DNA from: Dimorphilus gyrociliatus
Lineage: Eukaryota > Animalia > Annelida
Assembly (NCBI GenBank): GCA_904063045.1
Contig: CAJFCJ010000006.1
Coordinates: forward strand, 5,465,100 to 5,529,099
DNA: 64,000 bases
Direction: 5' to 3'
Every line of letters begins with the position of its first letter. The stretch's first letter is position 1. The notes beneath the pieces are model-generated. The model saw only the letters and a program-made list of their open reading frames with translations. It did no database searches and was not told the DNA's origin. Positions 13,401 to 25,335 of this stretch are shown here, one piece after another. The position numbers and the translations under genes were made by a program.

Positions 13401-16400
13401 GAAAAACTTTTATATACAGTAAGTTCTTTTTATACTATATTTACTTTTTCTGGACAGAAAAGTTTTGTCAGAGCCGTCCCACTTCTCTGACTTCTAATCG
13501 ACCGCATTATTTACCATACTGTCAGTTATAGCTGGGCCGTCTCGTAAATAAATAAACGATTAAACGAAAAACTTTTACCGCTTTCAGAATGCTCGAATTT
13601 TCTTTTCCATCTTTTATATAGTTTTTGAACGCCTTAAGGCATCATTTTTTGTTCGTCAACATGGATTAGACGGTCAGTGATTGGACGAGCATAATCTCTT
13701 TTCCTATCTTTTTTTGCATAGTATTTTTTTTTATTGGGCGACGGGATGAGCATTAATCTCCTTTAGGGCAACCCTCTGGAGAGTTTTTCTGCCATATTTT
13801 CTGCGCATCCCTTCTAGCTAACACATTTCCAAAAAACCAATCCCATTTGCTTTTCCTTCACAGATCGAGCCCCAGTTTGAAGAGAGTACAGAGTGACGTA
13901 GGACGTCCATTATTCACGAGTACACCTTATTCTGGAAACGCATCTGCTACCCATTCGGTAACGAGCGATTCTAAGCCACCGCCACCTCCCCCACCGTACG
14001 AAGAAGTTGAAAAAGATCCGTACTTGAAACGATTAGCTCGAGAAGAAACAATAACAACCAGATCAACAACGTCAGCCGCTTCAATAACTATTACAAGCGA
14101 CGCTAGTGTTACCTCATCAAGGGGAATGACGGACGAGTCAGAGGAAGAGAGTCGGCGTAGACGCCTTCCCATCGATCGTTCCTACTTTATAGCAAAAGAA
14201 TTACTTATGACAGAGCGTACTTATAAAAAAGATTTAGAAGTATTGACTGTGGTTTGTATATCTTGGAATAATTCTCCGTAAAGTGCGTACTTTATCTTCT
14301 AATCATTTTACATAGTTCCTACGAAACTCACTTAGTCGAGACGATGAAGACTTATTACCCCCATCTTTAGCCGATACACTGTTTTGCCGTATAGACCAGA
14401 TATATGAATTTCATTGCGCTCTCCTTATTGAAATAGAACAAAGGGTAGCCCAATGGGAAGGAAAAAATGGACAACCTTCAGATCCGATTTTTCATAGGAT
14501 TGGTGACATAATATTAAAAAATTGTACCTTCCTGCAATACTATACAGACTACTTGGAGCATCATGATGATATTTTAACTGAATTGGAATTAGCTTGCCGT
14601 AGGAATAAGAAATTCGAAGTCGCTATTCGCGAATTTGAAATGGAAAAAGTTTGCTATTTACCTTTGCATGCATTTTTGCTCAAACCGGTTCAAAGACTGC
14701 AACATTATTTAATTGTATTTAAAGGTAGATTTTATTGTTTTTTCTAATTACTTCAAAGGCGATTGAGATACATTAACAGATTCGTTTTTATTAATTTAAA
14801 CAGAACTTGTTGATCATTACGACGACGAGCATATAGATAAAAAGGACTGCCAGATGTGTTTGTCAAAGATATCAAGTATTTTCCAACCGTATCAGGATCA
14901 GTTACGACATTTGGAGAATGTACAGAAATTAATTGAACTACAAAGAGAGATGACTGGCATTGATGGATTGGCTACGGCCAGCAGGGTAAGTATCTTTGAT
15001 TAAGACGGTTTTAATAAACTCTTTCTTATTTAAAATTGCTCTTCTGTCTCGTCTTCTTTTGATATTCTATTTGGTTCTTCTCTCTTTTAGTTGATATTCT
15101 TGGTTTTCTCTGCACTTATCTTTTTTTGCTTTTTTTAAAATATCTTATTGGTTTGTTAACGAGACACTCTTTTCAGCAATTTGTCAGAGAAGGTTGTCTG
15201 CAAAAATTATCTAGAAAAGGCTATCAACAACGAATGTTCTTCTTGGTGAGTCTACTTATTGCCGATCTTAATTAACTAGGAGAATTTCTTTTAATGTATT
15301 CGTTCTAAATTTGTTGACAGTTTTCCGATATGCTAGTCTACGCTAGTAGAACGTCTACTCCCGTTCTACAATTTAAAGTTCACGGCCAATTACCCTTAAA
15401 AGGAATGAAAATAGAGGAAGCAGAAGAGCGAATGGGTATATCTAACAGTTTTACTATATACGGTGGAAGCAGAAGTTTATTAGTTGCGGCGGGGTGAGTG
15501 CTGCTTAATTATTTATTAGTTTTATTTTATTTGCTCATTACTCCTTTTTCTTTAACACATCATAGGTCGAAAGAAGAAAAGGACAAATGGTCCGAAGATC
15601 TGAAAAAATCGATAAACCAATCACAGCAACGCGAAGATGATAATTCAATAAGATATCCTAGTTTAAAAAGTAATAGTTCTTCGGATAACTTAGAGGAGAA
15701 CCAAGATCACTTACCATTTCCCCTTCAAGATAAACAAGGTCAACACAGAGCTAATACTACGGTAAGTTTTCCATTAATTTTAGCTCTTATTCATTTCTTT
15801 ATTTCTCTCTTCTATGTATTCCATGACAGATGCACGTTTGCTGGCACAGAAACTCTTCAGTTAGCATGACTGATTTACATATTGCTTATGCGGTAAGTTT
15901 ACATACTTGGATAACATCACAAGCACTAAATATCCGGTCTTTTCATATAATTTCCAGAATCAATTAAGTGGCTACCTGCTGAGAAAATTTAAAAATTCCA
16001 ACGGCTGGCAAAAACTTTGGGTTGTTTTCACTAATTTTTGCCTATTTTTCTATAAAAGCTTTCAGGTAAGGAGAGAAAAAAAAGTCAATTTATTTATCCA
16101 TTGTAAAACAATATTAATCAACTTTACTACTTAATTATACGGTTGTTTTTTTTTCTCTTTCCCCTTTTCTATTAGGACGACTACCCTTTGGCAAGTTTAC
16201 CTCTTATTGGGTATACGATTTGTGAACCGTCCGAGACAGATAATATTCAAAAAGATTATGTGTTTAAGCTGCAATTTAAAAATCACGTATATTTCTTCAG
16301 AGCTGAATCTCAATATACGTTTCATAGGTATGATATACAAAAGAAAAAATTTGTTTATTTTCTCTTCATTACCCCAACTAATTGCTTTTTTTTTTCCTTC

Positions 16401-16530
16401 TTCTTCTTCTTTTTCTACTTCTTTATTCTTCATTTTCTCACCTGAATCGTTGCTTTTCTTCAGATGGATGCAAGTAATTTTCAATTCAACTAGAAATACA
16501 AGTAGAAAGCGAATAGATGATGGTCACTAA
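1476..16530 (+). CDS. FARP: FERM, ARHGEF (DH) and pleckstrin domain protein (FARP1/FARP2 family), 5'-partial, multi-exon
   Basis: Hand-spliced GT-AG exons with consistent phases: 1476-1580, 1640-1758, 6561-6658, 6742-6865, 6943-7030, 7185-7340, 7966-8126, 8192-8266, [alternative 8782-11461 and about 13159/13190-13418], 13864-14251, 14316-14724, 14804-14985, 15177-15245, 15321-15493, 15566-15761, 15830-15892, 15958-16065, 16176-16327, 16464-16530 (TAA). FERM motifs [66 protein letters not shown]; FA motif [16 protein letters not shown]; DH motifs [17 protein letters not shown] and [15 protein letters not shown]; PH1 [23 protein letters not shown]; PH2 [33 protein letters not shown]. Start codon not found in the window. 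Confidence 0.95.
4447..5810 (+). CDS. Nested two-exon gene (about 410 aa): intracellular chymotrypsin-fold (clan PA) serine protease, Ssy5/NAL1/bacterial S1-like
   Basis: Exon 1 4447-4694 (ATG; donor GTAGGT, phase 2) joins exon 2 4826-5810 (acceptor TATAG, phase 2) in frame (VLAK/LRHEG). Motifs: ATIG...YGVTVNHG (His codon 5100-5102), SMDFTVIEL (Asp 5409-5411), RGDSG (Ser 5631-5633), LYLIHLG, VAVPLK. Lies in FARP intron 1759-6560. Family assignment is by motif pattern only. Confidence 0.75.
8782..11461 (+). CDS. FARP: 2.7-kb acidic, low-complexity alternative exon of FARP (about 890 aa), probably terminal in a FERM-only isoform
   Basis: Acceptor TTTAG at 8781 is phase-2 compatible with the FA exon ending at 8266 ([14 protein letters not shown]). 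Open frame runs to TAG 11459-11461. E/D/S-rich with polyproline runs. Confidence 0.75.
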
Positions 16531-16693
16531 ACTGTTTGGATTACGAAACGAAGGATTTCAGTATACGAAATAATTTACGAAAAGAAATATGAAAAGATAA
16601 AAAGCTACTTTTTTTTTGGGTGCTCATGCCTTGGCATACTTTTATTTTCTCTTTATTTTTGCACTTTCGTACTTCCATACCAGAATATTAATG

Positions 16694-16695
<2 letters not shown>

Positions 16696-16745
<50 letters not shown>
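16696..16745. repeat. (TA)n microsatellite in the FARP 3' region
   Basis: About 25 uninterrupted TA units. Confidence 0.95.
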
Positions 16746-16749
<4 letters not shown>

Positions 16750-17613
16750 TTATGCATATTCATTATCCACACCTTTACAAATATATATCACATATAATAT
16801 ATATATATATATATGTATTTGTATATTTTTTAATGCAAGGAGCTATACTAATGGTTCAAAACAATTGTATTTTACATATTTGTATGACCTCATTGATTTT
16901 TAGAAGTTTGGTTGTGAAACTTTCCGACAGGTGTGAAAATAGTAGTATTTTTTCTATATGCGCTGTATATTTTGTAGTCAAAGGAAAAGAACAGAAAAAA
17001 AAACCGTTTAAGAGAATCTGTGTAATTGTTTTCTTCGTCTCTTTTTCGGTTTTGTTGTTAAAAAGAAAGTAAAACTAAAGATATTTTAAATATACCAATA
17101 CTATCGTAAAAACTGATCTGTTACTTTCTATTTCTTTTTCTCTCTCTCTTTCTCTCTCTCTCTCTATCTATCTCTCTCTCTCCTTCTTCCTCACTTTCTT
17201 CTTATATATCTCTGCAATTTGTTATACAAAATACACACCCGCACATTATACGTTTTACCTATATTGTGGTCACTTTTGCAGAAACCTTAAGGTATGAGAA
17301 CAATGGATATTTGATCCACGGCTTTTTTTATGATAGACTCCTCATGTCTATTTTTAACGTAAAAGTTTTTAAAGTCTTTTCTTGAACGTATACCAAGAAG
17401 GTTTTTATTTAATATTATAACATTCAATGGAGAATACTTAATACTTCTAAACTGTTAGGTGAGGAGTGTTTTTTCTTGCCTAGTCTGGCGTTATATTGAC
17501 AGAAAGATAAGTAACTTATAGATGAATTTAAAATAAAGTTGTTTTAATATAAAACATTCTTTGCAAAGGGCTGCAATTAGAAGGATTTTCCTTAATGAGA
17601 AGGAATACATCAT

Positions 17614-18642
17614 TCACTTTTTAAAACAAAGTGTTGTACCATCTCCAATGTTCAAGAGAGAAATGTTTATACGGTTATCAGATTTTAGAAATTTGTTAAA
17701 ATTATTCATAAAATAGCATAATCTTTCTGTCTCCGTTTGACTATCTTCGTTTATTTCTCCATTTTCGGCTTTTATGACCATTCCGTTCCAAAGTGTATTG
17801 TCAATTGCAATAACGCCATTCTGTCTGACCAGTTGCAAACATAAGTTGTAGTAGTTTAGATAATTGAGCTTATCAGCATCGATAAAAGCAAAGTCAAATG
17901 TTTCACGTCCTCCATTTTCTATCAATTTCTCTATTTCAAGGATAAAAGGGATTAATAATGATATATAGCGTATTACTTCAATAAAAATTAGAGATTATGA
18001 TACCTAAAGTCTCTAACGCTGGCGCTAGACGTAAATCTATCTTGTGGTCAACGCCTGCAGCTTTCCAAAAGCGTCGACCTATTTTAGTATATTCCTCTGA
18101 AACATCTAAGGCAATTACTTTTCCATCTTCCGGAAGTGCCTATTGAGAGTAAATCTTCTTTATAATATACATTACATTTATACGAGCATGTTTTGTAAAA
18201 ATCAATTACCGAGGCAATAGTTAGAGCAGAATAACCAGTAAAAACACCAATATCCAGAGTCTTCTTAGCTTGTATAGCTGTACACAAATTGGCAAGGAGC
18301 TGTAGCTCTTCGGGACATCCGAGCATATTTTTGGACGGTTGTTTCAAGGTTTCCTGGTAGAAGATTAGTTATATTTAGTTAAAGTTGTATAGTTAGTTTC
18401 TCTCTTAAATGTCTGTTTTACCAAAATTAATTCTTCCTGAACCCTTGTTAAACGAACCGAGTTGTTAACAGTGTATTTTTTCAGCGGATCAGAAGTCACA
18501 AAAGCTTTAAATTCAACTTCCTATAAATAGAATATAACGAAAGATGAATAGTCATAATTTCTTCTTTCCTAGAATATTGAAAATCGAAAAGAATAACTTG
18601 AATTACTTTAAGCGAATCATCTATCTCGACGCCGTCAAACAT
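17614..18642 (-). CDS. COMTD1: Class I SAM-dependent O-methyltransferase, COMTD1/CCoAOMT-like (Methyltransf_3 type), copy A, 243 aa, 5 exons
   Basis: Exons 18642-18607, 18520-18422, 18353-18210, 18139-18004, 17930-17614. Motifs [68 protein letters not shown]. Confidence 0.93.
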
Positions 18643-21283
18643 TGTAGTCTATCTTTGAAGTTTTTAAAGACACTATCTGCATTCGAACCACTTGTACGAC
18701 TGAGCTGTACTCGTTGTCATTCGTGTCGTTTAAAGAAGTTTTCATGCAGATTTTATGATATATATTGAAAAAATATTTTCCATAAAAGGGAATTTTATTC
18801 TTATAATTTGTATTGTTAAGATGAATGGCTTTAAAGATAAGAGGTTGAATAAACTGAGTAAGGGGTGGCAGAGGGAGGCGGAAGGGGGAGGGAGTAAACT
18901 AATTTGGTTTCTGTTTCTTTAGACTCTGCAAGATAAATGTTATTCGTTCCAGTTTTAGTTTAAAATGGCTCTACTAAGCTTTGAGCTGGAAGAAAAAAGA
19001 ATAAATCGATAGGATTATCCTTCTTAAGTTTATTATTTAAATCGCCAACGTGAAAAGCCAGATATAATATTTTACAGTTGGATTTAATTAAAACTTAGCC
19101 GAGTGATAATAAGGTATTCTTTCTTTATAGCCAATCGCTTTGACATATAATATTTATAGTCTAACAAAGACTTATGTAGAGAGAAATATTTCTTTGTTAT
19201 ATGATTTTTATACGTTTATAACATTATAGTAAATAGTATAGTTTTGTTTGGGTGTATTATCTGAAAAGTGGGTCAACTGAAACTTCTTCCATGTCTTCTT
19301 CTCTCGTCCCACTCTTCGATTATTTTAAGATAACTACCTCTCTGCTGAATTCTCAAATCTCTGCTGACAACGAAAAAGTTTATCTTCTTTAAAATGCTTT
19401 TATTCATATTTAGATAATCTTAATTTCGTCTTTTTAATTTTCTTATTATTTATTTCCTTTATTAGTTTCATTATAATAAAAATACAATCGACCTGTTCGA
19501 ATAGGAAAATTTTCTTCTTATCTAGAAGAGAGAAACTTGTTAAACCCGTGGGAGAATCTTTGATGTCAGTCTCTTCTTATTGATATTCTTATCTTCTAAG
19601 AGTTTAGAGTGGATAGCTTATGATACTCTATTAGATATAATTAAATTTTTCAATAAAAACTGACTGTAGACAAAATTAACCGCCGTTGAAATTGAGGTTT
19701 GTTGTATAAAATGTATTGCATATGCACTAAAAATGAAATATATACAGTATACATATGTACATATATAGAAACAGAAATAATTAAGCAGTCTCAAAATAGA
19801 AAATAACTTAAAAAACAAAAGGAGAAACACGTCAAAGTCTTAAAAGGAGAACAGGCCTTTGGCAATCACCTGCTATTTCTTTGTATAGTTTTTCTAAACG
19901 CTAAAGAGTATCAATAATTCTCTTATTTGAATAGGAATGGGTGGAGAGAAAAGGTGGAGAAAGTTAGAGAGAGAGAGAGAGAGAGAAGCAGACAGAGAGG
20001 AATCGAAAAATCAGGATATAGAGACAGAGTACTCTGCACTTGGGGAAAAAACTTGTAAAATGATATTGTAAAAATGTTGGATAAAGATGTTTAGCGTAAA
20101 TAGCGGAGGACCTACTTTACCGATAAAAGATTAGCGATAACACAACCAAGATAATAAAAGTAGCGAAGTAAAAGAGATAACATTATTTCATCAAAGAAAA
20201 GGGTTAAGCTGCTATTCCGCTTATCTATCCCTCTATCTATCAATTTATCTTTTGCGGTATGACCCTTCCCTCTATCCTTCTGGCTCTTACGCATATTATA
20301 TATACAAAGTATATATAACTATATGGAACAAGTACATGCATTTTCCGAAATAATGACAAGTAATTATGCTTTGTTGATACTAGTGTAAAAAAATTAAAGG
20401 AAAAGCTAAGGTTTTATTATTCAATTAAGTACTCTATTTTTGGTATGAAGAAATATGTACTCTATCATTTTCCCCTCTGGAAAAAAAGACGAAAATAGGG
20501 CGATTCTTTCAATAAGATTCTTTGGAACCGTATATACAATTTCCTTACATCCACTAAATATTTCAATACAACAAACCTATTATGTTGTCTTCCTTAAATA
20601 TCATCTACTCTTTCATTTATAAAGTATTTATATTCTTCTCATTAATAAATCACAATTATTAACGTTGTAATTACGGCTCAATAGAAAGTATAGTAGAGCC
20701 ATCTAGTATATAAATAGTTCTGTAATATGTCTAATTTATGTTAAAAGAGCGAGAGAGAGAGAGAGAGGGACAAATATATCTTTATATATACTATGAATTT
20801 TATCAATACTAAAGGTTTTAGCCTTCATTCTCCCACCTCCCACCCATTCTCCCATCCCTTTAGAAAAAAGCAACCGGTTTAGAAAGTTATCCCCAACTAT
20901 TGTCAGTCATAGATTCCAAAAGAAAAAACACTCTTCCGTCCAATAAAATATACACTATGTAATTGAATTTTTGATGAAAGAAGAGATAGCTTCCCTATCA
21001 AATTTTCTACTTTGCTGTATGACTGAGACGTAATACAGAACATCATTATAAATAAAAGAATTGTGGAAGATGGATAAGAAAGGGGAAAAGAGTATAAAAT
21101 ACAATTAAAAAACTTGACTAACCTTATCTATTTATCAATACATTTGTGTGAGTTTATATGTTATCTTATCAGAAGGTTTTATATACAAATGTAAAAATAA
21201 AACACGAATCGTTAATTGGAAATTTTTATCATTGATAGCAATAAATTTTGTAAAATTTCGACGATTATTCATTTATTAAGCAA

Positions 21284-22392
21284 TCATTTTTTAAAACAGA
21301 GTGTTGTTCCATCTCCAATATTTAGGAAAGATATTTCAATACGATCATCCTTTGATAGAAATTCATTCAAGTCATGAATTATTATTGCCGATATTTCTTC
21401 AGGATCTTTTGTTTCCCTACTAATTTTACCTTCTAAAACATCTACAACTGTTCCACTCCAGAGGGTCTGTTGTTTAATAATTTCTTTGCATATAGTTATT
21501 ATTATTATATTAATATGCAAATACAAACGTTATCAACGGCAATAAATCCACCTGGCCTTATTAATTTTAAACATAATTCGTAATAAGTCTGATAATTGAG
21601 TTTATCAGCATCAATGAAAGCAAAGTCGAATGTACCAGTTTGCCCATCTTCAATTAATTTTTCTATGAATAATTAGAGGATTACATATAATGTTATTAAT
21701 ATATGTATATTATATAAAAGTAAAGTTATCATATAAACCTAAGGTCTCAGTGGCAGGAGCCAAACGTAAATCGATTTTTTTATCTACGCCAGCTGCCTTC
21801 CAGAATGGCTTTCCAACATTTGTAAACTCTTCGGAAACATCGCAAGCTATCACTTTACCATCTTCTGGTAGAGCCTGAAATAAGAGATTTAAATGCTAGA
21901 CAATCTGAAAAAAGAATACGAATTTAAACCATAGCAATTGTTAATGCCGAGTATCCTGTAAATACACCAAGATCCAAAGTCTTCTTTGCTCCAATTACCC
22001 TGCACAAATTGGCCAATAGCTGAAGTTCATCTGGACTACTCAACATAACAGCTCGGGTTTGTTTCATAGTTTCCTAATAGAACACAAAAAATCGATAATT
22101 ATTAATAATTCATCACTTTCTATTCAAAAAATTGACTATTCAATCATTGTTATACCTTGATTAAACTTTCTTGAACGTCGGTTATACGTAGCGAATGCTT
22201 AACAATATACTGTTTACAAGGATCTCTTGTTGAATACGCCTTCGAACTAGTCTTTCAAACGAATATAATATGGAATGGAGATTCAATTAATTCATGTTTT
22301 TTGAATTCTATACATTTTTAAATGAGCTAATTAATCGAATATTAATTTACCGTTGACTTCTTGTTTAGGTTTATAATAGCGTCCGCCGACAT
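21284..22392 (-). CDS. COMTD1: Class I SAM-dependent O-methyltransferase, COMTD1/CCoAOMT-like, copy B, 244 aa, 6 exons
   Basis: Exons 22392-22351, 22251-22156, 22073-21930, 21874-21739, 21662-21529, 21466-21284. Motifs [45 protein letters not shown]. Tandem paralogue of copy A. Confidence 0.93.
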
Positions 22393-22562
22393 TTTGATCA
22401 GTTCAATTGAATATCTTTTCACTACCAAGCAAAGAGAGAAAAAATGGCTTGCTCAAGGCACTTATATGTCCTCATGGTGCGCCATCTACAATCTATTTTA
22501 AATATATAAATATATATATATATATATATACGTGTGTATAAAATGCTTATCCGCTAGATGGA

Positions 22563-23333
22563 CTATACGGATTGACTACTGTCATCCTTTGATACGGGTG
22601 ACGATCTAGAACGGGTGAACTTTGGCGATGGATCAATACTATTGTCGTAAGAGGGCGGTTCGTCGGCTCTAGACAACGGTCTACTGATAGCCATAGGTAC
22701 ACGTATAACAGGAATAGGTAGGGATTGGTCATTTGATCGATCAACTTCTACGTTTCTCTCTCTTTCATTCGCGTCTAGACGCCTTTGCCGCCGTCTCCTT
22801 GCAGACAAACAACTTACAATGAACAGCGGATATTTTTCAACGAATAGCATAGATAATAGAGCGACGACAACGAGGCTCAAACAACCAGATAAAATATATA
22901 CACCCCAATAGAGATATTGTTTAAAATTATTGTTTATATCTTCCAATTCTTCACAACATCCAGCATCGTTTTTACGGAAGTTTGCAATTGGATTAGGATT
23001 AACACAACACATTGTTCTACTAGCTTTAGAATCTTTAGACTCAGGGCATCTTTTTACTAAGAATTGTCTTTTATCCTTTTTATAGGGGTTAAGCTTTTCA
23101 CTTAGCTCTTCCGTTATTCTATCATAAGTGGTCACCGAACTATATAAACGATTAATACAAATATCTCTTAGATATTTCTCGGAATGTTCGTAGCAGCCTT
23201 GAATGATCTTCTTTGATTTAAAATGTTTACGAAATATACAGAAATAATTCTTCTTTATCTTAAAATTATGTTCATTCATCCCACTTGAATAAATATATTG
23301 AAATAGTAAGAAAGTTAATTTAATCCCTAGCAT
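22563..23333 (-). CDS. Intronless type I membrane protein, Shisa/WBP1/VOPP1-like, 256 aa
   Basis: Hydrophobic N-terminus (MLGIKLTFLLFQYIYSSG); ectodomain C..C..CP-x10-CC-x14-CC; TM segment YLYWGVYILSGCLSLVVVALLSMLF; basic stop-transfer RRRRQRR; cytoplasmic PPSY. Family is inferred from the Cys pattern and PY motif. Confidence 0.75.
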   Translation of the reverse strand: MLGIKLTFLLFQYIYSSGMNEHNFKIKKNYFCIFRKHFKSKKIIQGCYEHSEKYLRDICINRLYSSVTTYDRITEELSEKLNPYKKDKRQFLVKRCPESKDSKASRTMCCVNPNPIANFRKNDAGCCEELEDINNNFKQYLYWGVYILSGCLSLVVVALLSMLFVEKYPLFIVSCLSARRRRQRRLDANERERNVEVDRSNDQSLPIPVIRVPMAISRPLSRADEPPSYDNSIDPSPKFTRSRSSPVSKDDSSQSV

Positions 23334-24517
23334 ATTTTTAACGTTTTCAATGTTTTTGAATAATATACATAAAGATATTTTTCATATTTATATTATTACG
23401 TAATTTTTGTCTTTATTCAATTCATAATAAAAACTATATATATATATATATATATAAATAAACATAGAATGTTTTCTTAGAATTCTTCCTTTTCTTCTTA
23501 AAATAAGGTAAAAAAACGTCTCTTTCTTTTCCTTTTATTGTTTTTTTTCTCTTTTTTTTACCAGTTTTCCCTTTAAAAATTATTTTTCTCTTTTTCTATT
23601 TAAACAAATGATTAAGTTGTTCTTGTCCTCTTCCTGTTTCTCTTCTTTTCCCTCATCCTCCTCCTCTTCTTCTTCTTTAGATCATAGTTATATTTTATAT
23701 TTATTTTTCACTTAACTAACTAAAAATAGATTATCACTGTTTCGCTTGGTTAACTTTTTTTCTTTGTCTTTCCAATATTGCGTGCAACTTCCGGTAAATA
23801 TTTTTCATGTTCAAGTGCTGTTCAAAAACATACGTGTTTTAACAATGCCAAAAATTGCTCTTAACGACACTATTAACACGATTTAAATGTATAATAAAGA
23901 AAAAGTAATGCTTTTTTATAGAAAGAGAAAGAAATGAAGGAATTATTTAAATCAGTATAATTGGTTTCCATAGTAACAAAAACTAAAAGGTGTTGAATAT
24001 TTAAATTAATAGATTAGATAGAGAAAGATAAGAATGTAAAAAGTGTGAAATCTAGCAGATGTAATTATCTATTTATATACAGTGCATATATATATATATA
24101 ACTATATAGAGATACAGAGAAAGAAAGAAAGAAGGGCGGAAGAGAAAGAGAGTATAGATAAGATTAGCAGAACAGTAATTAGACACGAATATAAAGACTA
24201 TTTATATATAAATATATATTTATATGAATATGCAGTTGTATTATTAACTTACCTTTGAAAGTTATATTCATCATAATTCAATATATAAATTGCTATTTAC
24301 AAATATTGATGGACGGGAATGATAAGAGAGTAGTCGACTGATTGTTGACTAATACTAATATTTAACTAGATTATATAGAATATATACATTACTAACGCAT
24401 AATTAAAGAGATTATATACAAATTATACAGTAAATCATTGTCATCTAATAAAAATGATTTGCTTCGAAAGTTAATTTCCCGCTGCTTTTTATATGACTGG
24501 GTAGAATTTTGCATATA

Positions 24518-24527
24518 GCGCATGCGC
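24518..24527. promoter_or_regulatory. NRF1/EWG-type palindrome GCGCATGCGC
   Basis: Exact palindrome in AT-rich intergenic DNA about 1.2 kb upstream of the Shisa-like gene. Function is inferred. Confidence 0.35.
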
Positions 24528-25335
24528 ATTTCTCTCTAATGATTTTCAACTGGAGATTTAAATAGATTTAGAGAAATGATTAATTTAGAAACAATGTCCG
24601 AAAGTCGACTAAATCTAACAAAGATGTAATCCTATTACATAATTATATTACGTGACTGCCAATCTACGCTTTTACGGATGAAATATTCCATACAGACAAC
24701 ATTTCTTACGCTCTATAGGATTTGTTTTCGTTAAAAGAGTTAATGTTTATTTGCCCTTTTAATATACTGAATATGACTGTATTACATATATAAATAAAAG
24801 TTTATGTTGCATTGTTTATCTTTTAAATATTTACACTGTGTGGATAGTTTGTCATCTAATAAATTACTCATTAAAAACTGGAGATGATTTTTGCAACTTA
24901 CAAGTAAAAAAGTTAAAACTAATAAACGAGAGGAACAATGAGAGCTGGTTTGGTAATCAAAAGGACTAGTTGTAGGTAGCTTCGTGTGATCATTTTCCAG
25001 ACGCGTGCGGTCGTTCTCTTTACCGCTCTGGCCACATCAAACGTTCGTATCATTATAATAATTACAAGGATAGACGTTGATTAGCCCTGGTATATAAATT
25101 TTCCATTGAAAACTATTTTCAAACCTTTATATTAACTAATGAATTTCGGTCATCATTAAAAACAATGACGTAATTTTCAGTTAATAATAATGAATGCTTA
25201 GTGCAGTTTGCATATATAATGTATATACATATATATATATATATATATGCTGTATTTGTATGTTATTCACTGTACAATACTATTTACAGAATATAATGTT
25301 GTTAGGAAAAGAAAATAAGTCAAGTCTTAATACAA

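Noticed and set aside
19279-19830. Possible spliced microgene between the two methyltransferases (...FLFEQ/KINFFVVSRDL...ERRRHGRSFS)
   Set aside because: Needs a weak GTCGAT donor and has no convincing start codon.
23740-24275. Spliced 34-aa ORF (MMNITFK/ALEHEKYLPEVARNIG...) upstream of the Shisa-like gene
   Set aside because: Too short and unrecognisable; more likely 5' UTR exons or a uORF.
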